A stretch of DNA of 32,000 nucleotides from Candidatus Saccharimonadota bacterium (GTDB lineage Archaea > Nanobdellota > Nanobdellia > Pacearchaeales > GW2011-AR1). The notes beneath the pieces were generated by a model. The model was given only the letters and a program-made list of their open reading frames with translations, was not told the DNA's origin and did no database searches. Every line of letters starts with the position of its first letter. The stretch's first letter is position 1. The position numbers and the translations under genes are program-made. The stretch is from assembly GCA_026002795.1 (NCBI GenBank), contig BPGA01000001.1, forward strand, positions 180,001 through 212,000, written 5' to 3'. Below, in pieces: positions 9,003 to 16,512 of this stretch.

Positions 9003-9131
9003 TCAGTTAAGTAATAATTCTAACTCTTGTTCTAATCTTAGAGTTTTTTCAAACAAAAAACTAAACTCTCTCTCAAGTTCATCTAAACTTTCCTCTAAAA
9101 AGTTCTCTTCTAGTTCTGTTGCTTGAGCCAT
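9003..9131 (-). CDS. candidate unannotated small ORF, 42 aa, acidic and helical (MAQATELEENFLEESLDELEREFSFLFEKTLRLEQELELLLN)
   Basis: My own translation: ATG at 9131, TGA at 9005..9003. It is below the ORF-track size cut-off. There is no Shine-Dalgarno. It sits directly downstream (minus strand) of the 95-nt hairpin. Confidence 0.3.
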   Translation of the reverse strand: MAQATELEENFLEESLDELEREFSFLFEKTLRLEQELELLLN

Positions 9132-9142
9132 TTTGTTTTTTA

Positions 9143-9237
9143 GCTCAAGAAAATTCAAGGCTTAAGACCCTAAATTGAAGAAGAATTAAAACCCAATTCA
9201 ATTCAGAGTCTTAAAAGAGCCCTGAATTAAATTGAGC
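9143..9237. other. 95-nt imperfect four-helix hairpin (structured RNA element or long imperfect inverted repeat)
   Basis: Hand-paired helices: 9143-9148/9232-9237 (6 bp), 9152-9160/9220-9228 (8 of 9 bp), 9162-9168/9208-9214 (7 bp), 9173-9179/9197-9203 (7 bp). The loop is 17 nt. In addition, 9122-9128 can pair with 9143-9149 (7 bp), which excludes the basal helix. Confidence 0.55.
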
Positions 9238-9278
9238 TTGTGTATTTAATATTTTTATTTATTTTTTTTATATTAAGC

Positions 9279-9328
9279 ACTAAGTTAGCTAGACAAACAA
9301 GATTTGTATTTGCTTTTACTAACTTAGT
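9279..9328. other. perfect 10-bp inverted repeat (ACTAAGTTAG / CTAACTTAGT) with a 30-nt spacer
   Basis: 9279-9288 is the exact reverse complement of 9319-9328. The spacer contains a nested ACAAA/TTTGT pair. Confidence 0.5.
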
Positions 9329-9405
9329 ACCCATAAAAGAAACTAGATTATGTGGTTTTTATATTTTTCTATTTTTTATTAAGTGGTTTTTTAATGTTGT
9401 CTCTT

Positions 9406-9425
9406 TTTTGTGCGTTTAAATTGTT
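9406..9425 (+). repeat. left copy of a perfect 20-bp direct repeat TTTTGTGCGTTTAAATTGTT
   Basis: Identical 20-mer at 10544..10563. Together the two copies bracket the wHTH-MNT/HEPN gene pair. Confidence 0.85.
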
Positions 9426-9516
9426 CCTATTAAAAAGTTCCATAATAAAAAGGCTAAATTAAGAACCCTCAAAAAATCGATAATTTTAAATATCAATTGA
9501 TACTTTATACTATCAT

Positions 9517-10080
9517 ATGGTAAGAAAAAATATCAAAAACGGTAAAAGGAACAAAAGAGATATTAAGGAAGCAATAAAAGAGTATTTTTTTGTTCATCCT
9601 AATGCCAAGATGCGAGTAAGGCAGATTGAAAAAGAGCTTAAATTGCCCCTGCCTTCTGTGATAAGATATTGTAAAGAGCTTGTAAATGAAGGAATTTTAA
9701 AAACAGTAAAAACAGGAAATGTTGTTTTTTATACAAGCAATGCCTCTAATGAAAATTTTATTCTTGAAAAAAAGCTCTTTAACATAAAATCTCTTTACAA
9801 GTCAAGGCTTATAGAATTCTTGAAAAGAGAATTTAGCAATCCTGTGATTGTTGTTTTTGGCTCTTATGCACACGGCCAAGATGTTGAGAACAGCGATATT
9901 GACTTATACATACAAACGCCTTCTAAAAAAGAAATAAACTTGGAAAAGTTTGAAAAAACTCTAAAAAGAAAAATACAGGTTTTCAGACATAAAGGCATAA
10001 GTGAAATAAAAAACACTCACCTAATAAACAACATAATAAATGGCATTACTTTAAACAATTATTTAGAGGTTTTCAAATGA
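9517..10080 (+). CDS. winged-helix fused minimal nucleotidyltransferase (MNT-type, antitoxin-like)
   Basis: N-terminal wHTH (VRQIEKELKLPLPSVIRYCKELVNEGILK). NTase motif VVFGSYAHGQDVENSDIDLYI (GS...DxD). Overlaps the downstream HEPN gene by 4 nt (ATGA). Confidence 0.82.
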   Translation: MVRKNIKNGKRNKRDIKEAIKEYFFVHPNAKMRVRQIEKELKLPLPSVIRYCKELVNEGILKTVKTGNVVFYTSNASNENFILEKKLFNIKSLYKSRLIEFLKREFSNPVIVVFGSYAHGQDVENSDIDLYIQTPSKKEINLEKFEKTLKRKIQVFRHKGISEIKNTHLINNIINGITLNNYLEVFK

Positions 10081-10484
10081 GAGATTGGAATGAATGTTTA
10101 GATAATCAATCAGCAAAAAGAACTTCAGTAAACAAAGAAAGAGCAAAATCTCTTTTGAAAACAGCAAATGAAAGAATAAGTCTTTTTAAAGAAGTAACAG
10201 AAAAGAACTGCAACTTTGTTTTTGAAGATTATTATACTTCATTAATAGAGATGCTGCAGGCGCTTGCTTTCTTAAACGGTTTCAATATATTGAATCATGT
10301 TTGCGTTGGTTTCTATTTAAGAGATGTCTTAAAAAGAGAGGATTTATTTAGGTTATTTGATGATTTAAGATATAAAAGAAATTCTCTCACATATTATGGC
10401 AACAAAATGGAATTTGAAACAGCAAAAGAAGCAATAGAAAATTGTAAAAGATTAATAAAAGAGATAAAGTTCATGATAAAATGA
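10077..10484 (+). CDS. HEPN-domain protein (toxin-like partner of the MNT)
   Basis: All-helical 135 aa protein immediately downstream of an MNT. The C-terminal DLRYKRNSLTYYG matches the HEPN R-N-x3-[HY] position, with Tyr where RNase-type HEPNs have His. Confidence 0.7.
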   Translation: MRDWNECLDNQSAKRTSVNKERAKSLLKTANERISLFKEVTEKNCNFVFEDYYTSLIEMLQALAFLNGFNILNHVCVGFYLRDVLKREDLFRLFDDLRYKRNSLTYYGNKMEFETAKEAIENCKRLIKEIKFMIK

Positions 10485-10543
10485 AAAAAGTTTTTAGGTG
10501 TTGAAAATTAAAAAAATTAGAATATTAAGATTTACAATTTAAA

Positions 10544-10563
10544 TTTTGTGCGTTTAAATTGTT
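10544..10563 (+). repeat. right copy of the perfect 20-bp direct repeat TTTTGTGCGTTTAAATTGTT
   Basis: Identical to 9406..9425. Lies 59 nt after the HEPN stop codon. Confidence 0.85.
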
Positions 10564-10616
10564 GAGCTTTAAGTTTATGTATTAATTTAAGATACAAATT
10601 TATAAATTTCTATTTT

Positions 10617-11666
10617 TCAATTAAAATGTTTTATTGTTTTAATAAGGTTCTCTTTAAACTCATCAAGTTTATTTGTTGGAATTTGGCCGCCGACAGCTTC
10701 TTCATGACCGCCGCCAGAAGCACCTTCAATTCCTTTTATTGATTCTAAAAGAATTTTTAAAGATTTTTTTCCTCTCATTGAAATATTGGTTTTTAATCCT
10801 TTTATATAAGCTACAAGAACAATTTTGTCTGGATAGTTATAGATAAGCTCATTTGATAAATGACCGCTAATGCTTAATTCTCCAGAATACTTAAAGAAAA
10901 GTAATTTTTCTTTATTGACTTGGCTTTTAGCTTTTAATAAAAGTTTTTCATATTTTTTGTATACCTCACTAAATCTTTTATGAATTTTTTTATTTTCTTG
11001 ATTTTCATTTAGTATTTCGTATGGACTTTTACAATTTATAAGAAATTCTATCATACTCTTAACATTAGAGGGTTTATCATTTAAAGCAAAACCTAAAATT
11101 CTAGCAATTTTGCCTATTGGTGATTTATAAAAGATATCTGAAGGATTTTTTGATTTTATTGTTAGGTCAGGAAATTTTTTTTCAAATTCTTTATAAAAAT
11201 TAGGAAAAAATTTATCGGAAATACAACCTATAACAGCAATCCATATGTCTTCTTTATTTTTTGTTATCTGATAAGAAAGATAAGTAACTGGTTCTTCTCC
11301 TTTCTTTTTGTTGAAAAGAGGATTATAATAATGTACAAACTTTGGAATGTTTTGTAAATTGATGTGATGGTGGTCTATCCAAAAAACAGGAATTCTATTA
11401 TTTTTAATTTCTTCAAAAAACTCGCCAGAAACAACTGGCTTGTCTAAAATAAATACGCAATCAGATGAAAATTCTTTTACTTTTTTAAAATAGCTTTTGT
11501 TCAGGTCTGGAAAAGATTTTATTGAAATGCCTTCTCCTTTTCCAAAAAATCTTCTTAGCAATAGAAAACTACATAAGCCGTCTTGATCATTATCAAACAT
11601 AAAAATAGGATTTTGATAGTTTAAAAGTGCTTTTTTAATTTCAAAAATTTGTTTTTGTGTTAGCAT
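10617..11666 (-). CDS. stand-alone DHH/DHHA1 phosphoesterase (NrnA/DhhP/RecJ-like), 349 aa
   Basis: DHH motifs FMFDNDQDG, FILDKP, WIDHHH and GCISDKF, plus the DHHA1 motif SGGGHEEAVGG. Confidence 0.85.
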   Translation of the reverse strand: MLTQKQIFEIKKALLNYQNPIFMFDNDQDGLCSFLLLRRFFGKGEGISIKSFPDLNKSYFKKVKEFSSDCVFILDKPVVSGEFFEEIKNNRIPVFWIDHHHINLQNIPKFVHYYNPLFNKKKGEEPVTYLSYQITKNKEDIWIAVIGCISDKFFPNFYKEFEKKFPDLTIKSKNPSDIFYKSPIGKIARILGFALNDKPSNVKSMIEFLINCKSPYEILNENQENKKIHKRFSEVYKKYEKLLLKAKSQVNKEKLLFFKYSGELSISGHLSNELIYNYPDKIVLVAYIKGLKTNISMRGKKSLKILLESIKGIEGASGGGHEEAVGGQIPTNKLDEFKENLIKTIKHFN

Positions 11667-11693
11667 AAATAAAATAAAAAATTATAAAGTTTT

Positions 11694-12794
11694 TTATATC
11701 TTTTTTCCCATTAAAATTTTTTCTTTCAAATTTTTTATTTCAAGAATTATAGATTCGACAAGATTTTCGTTTTTAAAAATTGATTTTAAAGAGTCAGAAT
11801 CTAAGTTAAATATCTTATCTAAACTTTTAAAATTAGAAATCATTGTCTCTATATCTTTATCTAAGATATTTGTTTTACTTAAAATTCTTATTCCTTTTGG
11901 AGAAACTGAAGAATCGTGAAGCTGACCAAAAAATATTCTTATTAAATTGTTTGTGTCAATTAAAAAATCAAAGTTCAGATTTTTTAAAATATTGTCAATT
12001 TTTTTTGATTTTTTTCCAAAATAATCTAAAAGAATTTTTTCTCTTTCGTTTGCTATGTTTTTTGTAAGTTCTTTAAGACGCATACTAACTATAGTTCCTT
12101 CTTTACCTAACTCTATAAGATACCTTTTAACTTTTTCTGAAATTCTTCTCACCATCTCAAATGTTTGTAAAATATTACAAACGTCTGCTGTAGTAGTTAA
12201 ATTAGTAACCTCTAAAATGTTTAGATGAGAAAGTAATTCATTAAGCATATCTACTTGTTTTTCAAGAATTTGTAAAGTTTCTGCTGCTCTTCTTAAGATT
12301 TCAGATGTTTCTTCTAAGTTGTATTGTTCTTCTTTATGATAGATAGTTATCTTGTTTTTTCTTTCTGATATAGCAATTACTGTTGTTCCTAATTGTTTAG
12401 CTGTCCTCTCAGCTGCTTTATGTCTAGTTCCTGTTTCTCTTGTTATTATTTTTATATTTGGAGTAAGAAGAACATTAGCATAAAGGATTTTTTTAAGATC
12501 TTTTGAAAGGATTATTGCTCCATCCATTTTCGAAAGTTCAACAAGTCTTTGTGGATTAAATTTACAGTTTATTTTAAAACCACCTTCAATAATATTTTCG
12601 ATGCCTTCCTTTTCTATCACAATCAAAGCTCCAAGTTGAGCTTTTAAAATATCGTCTAAAGCTGTTCTAAGAGGGGTTCCAGGAGAAAAAATTTTAAGAA
12701 TGTCTAAAAGAGTTTTTTCAATTTCTTTTTGTGTTTGTTTTTTTTCTTCTCTTAGATTTTCTTCAGAAGAAATTATCTCTTTTTGTTCAGTCAT
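11694..12794 (-). CDS. disA: DisA-type diadenylate cyclase (DAC domain, helical linker, C-terminal HhH-like region)
   Basis: PGTPLRTALDDILKAQLGALIVI, ELSKMDGAIIL and ETGTRHKAAERTAKQLGTTVIAISERKNKITIY match the DisA DAC domain (DGA and RH motifs). The 366 aa length is that of bacterial DisA. Confidence 0.86.
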   Translation of the reverse strand: MTEQKEIISSEENLREEKKQTQKEIEKTLLDILKIFSPGTPLRTALDDILKAQLGALIVIEKEGIENIIEGGFKINCKFNPQRLVELSKMDGAIILSKDLKKILYANVLLTPNIKIITRETGTRHKAAERTAKQLGTTVIAISERKNKITIYHKEEQYNLEETSEILRRAAETLQILEKQVDMLNELLSHLNILEVTNLTTTADVCNILQTFEMVRRISEKVKRYLIELGKEGTIVSMRLKELTKNIANEREKILLDYFGKKSKKIDNILKNLNFDFLIDTNNLIRIFFGQLHDSSVSPKGIRILSKTNILDKDIETMISNFKSLDKIFNLDSDSLKSIFKNENLVESIILEIKNLKEKILMGKKI

Positions 12795-12833
12795 CTAAAA
12801 GAAAAATAGATTATGTATATAAATTTTTATAAC

Positions 12834-13748
12834 TTAGTTTTTGACATAAGACCAAATAATCGGTAAAGCTATTGTAGCATCACAAATTACATCGACAAAA
12901 TCTAAATCTTTTTTTGAGTTTGTTTTAAGCTTACCCCAAGAAATTCCTTCCTCTAAAGGAGCACCAGAACTTCCTCCAAATTCTTCTCTTTCTGTTGTTA
13001 TTTGAACACCATAATCAGCTCCTCCAGAAAATTGTAGGGCTTGTTGAATGAAATTTTTAGGTGTTCCGCCTCCAATATAGATAACTGCTTTTTTATTTTT
13101 AGTCCACACAATATTTATAAAATCGCTAAGCTCATTAAAAAAATCTATATTTGTGTATTTAGAAGATTTAATTCTGCTCCATAACATTAATCCTAATCCG
13201 GAATCTAAAAGTGTTGGACAAAAAATAGGCGTTTTTGTAGAGTAACATATTGAAAAAATACTATTTTGATTTTTTAGAATTTTTCCAATTAGCCAGTAAA
13301 ATTCGATATTATTTTTAGAGTTTTTAAGAAAAGACCAGTTTTTTTCCAAAAATTTTTCTATTTTTTTGTAAACTAGGTTTTTCATAAAAACATTATAAAT
13401 CCTATCATAACCTTTTTTTTGAAAGATAATATCGTTCCAAACATCACAATGATAATGGTTTTCTCCTAAAGCTTCGGCAAGATCATGGGTTAGGTTTGCT
13501 CCAGTAATAACAATTGCTTTTATTTTTTTTGTTTTAATCATGTCAATTATTATCTCTTTCATTCCAGCTGGAACCATTGCTCCGGCAATACCTAAGAAAA
13601 TATCACATTTTTCCTCGTAAAAAATTTTTTTAAAAATTTCTGAAGCAAGACCAATTTTTCTAGCTCCAAAACCAGCATTTTTCATGTTTTTTACGAGTTT
13701 TTTAACTTTCATTTCTTTAGTTATTTTTATATGTCTAACTTTTTCCAT
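12834..13748 (-). CDS. dys: deoxyhypusine synthase
   Basis: ITGANLTHDLAEALG, YIGGGTPKNF and the catalytic-lysine context EEGISWGKLK. Confidence 0.88.
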   Translation of the reverse strand: MEKVRHIKITKEMKVKKLVKNMKNAGFGARKIGLASEIFKKIFYEEKCDIFLGIAGAMVPAGMKEIIIDMIKTKKIKAIVITGANLTHDLAEALGENHYHCDVWNDIIFQKKGYDRIYNVFMKNLVYKKIEKFLEKNWSFLKNSKNNIEFYWLIGKILKNQNSIFSICYSTKTPIFCPTLLDSGLGLMLWSRIKSSKYTNIDFFNELSDFINIVWTKNKKAVIYIGGGTPKNFIQQALQFSGGADYGVQITTEREEFGGSSGAPLEEGISWGKLKTNSKKDLDFVDVICDATIALPIIWSYVKN

Positions 13749-13905
13749 CTTAGAATAATTTTTATTTGCATGAAAATTTTTTAATTAACATAAGATTTAT
13801 TGTGAGAATTGTTTTATAAAGATATCGCGGATCTATGAAAAAACTTTTATAAAGAGCATTTTAAAGAATAAAAATATTTTTAAATATTAATTTTTTAAGA
13901 AAAAT

Positions 13906-14127
13906 ATGAATAAATGGTTTGAATTAATTTTAGGCCTTATTATTTTAGTTGCAACTATTCTAATTTCGTGGTTATCTTCTGCATATTCTTGGACTTTGTT
14001 TGGAAAAGACCTTAATTTTTTACATGCTGCTTGGGTTTTTTTTAAAGGAGCTCTTTTCTGGTTTTTGATTTTTGTGGCTTTAATTTTGATTATACTTGGT
14101 ATAACTGAAATAAAAGAGGGTTCTTAA
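13906..14127 (+). CDS. small membrane protein, 73 aa, 2-3 TM helices
   Basis: ATG-started ORF that is almost entirely hydrophobic helices (LILGLIILVATILISWL, FWFLIFVALILIILGI). Confidence 0.5.
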   Translation: MNKWFELILGLIILVATILISWLSSAYSWTLFGKDLNFLHAAWVFFKGALFWFLIFVALILIILGITEIKEGS

Positions 14128-14421
14128 TTTTTACACAGTTTTATGCAGTTTTTTAATTTTGAGAAAAAAGAATAAGAATCTAATTAAATTTTTTCTTATT
14201 CATGATTTTGGTTTTTTTATTTATTCATTAAACCAAAAATTATTGAGAGAGCTCCTCCTATCAAAGGAAGGTATGAGCCAAGAAACTGTCCTAAAACAGC
14301 TAAAACACCACCTAGAACGACCAACCGTTTCTGTCAAACCATTTTTTATTTTTTCAAGTTAGTTTAAAAATTGTACTTGGATTTAGAATTTTAAATAGAA
14401 TGTTAAAAAATAAGATAAAAA

Positions 14422-15027
14422 TTAGAAAAAATGTATTAGTGTGCTTTCTATTATTGCTGCAATAATGAGAAGAGGAATTACTACAAAAATAAATGTTCTT
14501 ATTCCTGAAATTAAATAGAATTTAAATGATTTTATTTTGTCTTTTTGAAAGATAAATGAACCAAGCCTAATTCCCAATCCTGTAGAAATAAAAATTGCTG
14601 GCAACTCAAAAATTCCGTGGGGAAAAAGTTTCCATAAAACAAGAACACTATCAATTTGTATTACTCTTATAGAAACATAACCTAAAATATATCCATTAAC
14701 TATTAACACGATAACAGAAAAAACTCCTAAAAATACTCCTAAAATAAATCCGTAAAATCCTGTTTTTAAATTATTAAAAAATATAAATTTTGTAAGTTGT
14801 TGCCAGTTCATTCCTTCTGTAAGTTTTAATAACTCTTCTAATATCTCTAAAATTCTTAGTTCTATAGATTTAGGAGTTGGAAAAAAGGCTCCTATAACAG
14901 AGAAAATAAAAAAAATTAGTATAGAAGAGTAAATAAAATCCTTTGAATCTTTCATATAATCTATAGATTTCAAAAAGTTCTTCTTAAAAAAATTTTTTTC
15001 TTTTCTTAATTTTTTTCTTTTTTGCAT
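14422..15027 (-). CDS. SpoIIM/DUF95-family integral membrane protein
   Basis: FFNNLKTGFYGFILGVFLGV, LIVNGYILGY and LFPHGIFELPAIFISTGLG form the characteristic DUF95 pattern. Confidence 0.7.
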   Translation of the reverse strand: MQKRKKLRKEKNFFKKNFLKSIDYMKDSKDFIYSSILIFFIFSVIGAFFPTPKSIELRILEILEELLKLTEGMNWQQLTKFIFFNNLKTGFYGFILGVFLGVFSVIVLIVNGYILGYVSIRVIQIDSVLVLWKLFPHGIFELPAIFISTGLGIRLGSFIFQKDKIKSFKFYLISGIRTFIFVVIPLLIIAAIIESTLIHFF

Positions 15028-15028
15028 T

Positions 15029-15685
15029 TTAACTAAAAATTCTTTTTATGTAATTTGTTTTTCTTTTATATTTTTTCTTTAAGTAGATTCCATAAACTAA
15101 TCCAGTAATTAGCCCACCTAAATGAGCTGTATTCCCTATAGGAATGTTTCCCAATACAGAGATCATCCATAAAACAAATAAAACAATAACTCCTGCATAT
15201 TTCATTTTTATAGGTACTGGTATAAAAAGAATGTAAACTGGAAGATTCGGAGTTAGGATCATCAAAAGACCAACTAAACCAAAAATAGCTCCAGAAGCTC
15301 CGACTGCATAACTATTAAAATCGCTTTTAATGAAAACCGAAAGTAAAACAAAGATTATTCCTGCAAATATTCCGCTTAATAAGTAAAAATAAAAAAATCT
15401 TTTAGGACCAAGTAGTCTTTCGGTAAAAGAACCTAAAAAAATTAAAGAAATCATATTGGCAATTATATGAAAAAATCCAGCATGCATAAACATGCTAGTC
15501 AAAAAAGTCCATAAAAATTTTCCTTGAAGAATATTCGATGGTTTTAAAGCTATAAAATCTACAGAAATAATTTTTGTTAATAAAAGTAAACTAAAGATTA
15601 TAAAAATAAAAATATTAACTAGTATTAAAGTTATTGTTACATTAAATAAATAAAAAATGCTTTTCTGATTTTTATACATTTTCAA
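15029..15685 (-). CDS. rhomboid-family intramembrane serine protease
   Basis: FMHAGFFHIIANMISL (HxxxN), the catalytic GASGAIFGL (GxSG), and AHLGGLITG (catalytic His). Confidence 0.88.
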   Translation of the reverse strand: MKMYKNQKSIFYLFNVTITLILVNIFIFIIFSLLLLTKIISVDFIALKPSNILQGKFLWTFLTSMFMHAGFFHIIANMISLIFLGSFTERLLGPKRFFYFYLLSGIFAGIIFVLLSVFIKSDFNSYAVGASGAIFGLVGLLMILTPNLPVYILFIPVPIKMKYAGVIVLFVLWMISVLGNIPIGNTAHLGGLITGLVYGIYLKKKYKRKTNYIKRIFS

Positions 15686-15688
15686 TTA

Positions 15689-16360
15689 TTATTTTCTTTT
15701 TATTGATTTTATTTTTTTGGTTTTTTTCTTTATTTTCTTTTTTTCATTTATCTTTTTTTTCTTTAGTTTCTCTTTAGCTTGTTTTTTTAATCTTTTTTCT
15801 TTTTTTATTTCTCTCTCTCTTTTTTTCAATAAAAAATCTTTGTTTTTTTTAATTTCCTCTTCAACTTCCTCAAGTTCTTTTTTTAGATAAATTATGTTTT
15901 TTTTAATCTCGTTTATCTCTTTTGTATTGTCTTTTAAAACAAGAACAGACTCACAATCATGACATATAAAATTATTTAGAAGAGCATTCTCTTCTGAATA
16001 GTCTATATTGCATCTTTCACAAGTATAAAATCTCTTAGTTTCTCTACTTTTCAATAAGTGTTCTAGGTTGTAAATTCTTTTTTTTATTTCTTTATCTAGG
16101 AATTCTAAAGTATTAATTTTCTCTATTTTCCAAAAGTATGTATACCAGCCTTTCTTTTTATCTTTTTTTCTTATATTTGAAACTAATCCGTGCTCAAATA
16201 GCCTATACAGAAAGTTTCTTACCTGGTTTATTGTTAAGTTCATTTTTTTGGCAATTATAAATTCATTTATGTATTTTTTTTCATCTAGAATTTTTGCTAA
16301 GTCTAATCCTTGTTTTCCTAAAACAATAGAAAAAGAATCGTCAATTAATTTTTTTTGCAT
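15689..16360 (-). CDS. tfe: transcription factor E alpha (TFIIE-alpha homologue) with a Lys-rich C-terminal tail
   Basis: wHTH INQVRNFLYRLFEHGLVSNIRKKDKKKGWYTYFWKI. Zn-ribbon YTCERCN...FICHDCES. The roughly 55-aa K-rich tail is atypical. Confidence 0.8.
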   Translation of the reverse strand: MQKKLIDDSFSIVLGKQGLDLAKILDEKKYINEFIIAKKMNLTINQVRNFLYRLFEHGLVSNIRKKDKKKGWYTYFWKIEKINTLEFLDKEIKKRIYNLEHLLKSRETKRFYTCERCNIDYSEENALLNNFICHDCESVLVLKDNTKEINEIKKNIIYLKKELEEVEEEIKKNKDFLLKKREREIKKEKRLKKQAKEKLKKKKINEKKKIKKKTKKIKSIKRK

Positions 16361-16512
16361 TTTAATATCTAAAAAATTTTGATTAAATAATTTTCGGTTA
16401 GTATTTTTACTTAATTTTTTAAGTTGTAAAAATTACAAATAAAGTTTTTAAAGCTAGTTATATTTATATATTTTAAAGTATAGTTTATAAAATATACTAT
16501 ATTGTTTATAAA

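Noticed and set aside
11843-12067. Plus-strand 74-aa ORF inside disA
   Set aside because: It is antisense to a well-supported DisA CDS, with a low-complexity Leu/Phe translation.
14159-14362. Track ORF of 67 aa on the plus strand
   Set aside because: It has a TTG start, no SD, and a sequence with no protein-like features. The opposite strand gives a more plausible short TM peptide (see findings). I report neither as a confident feature.
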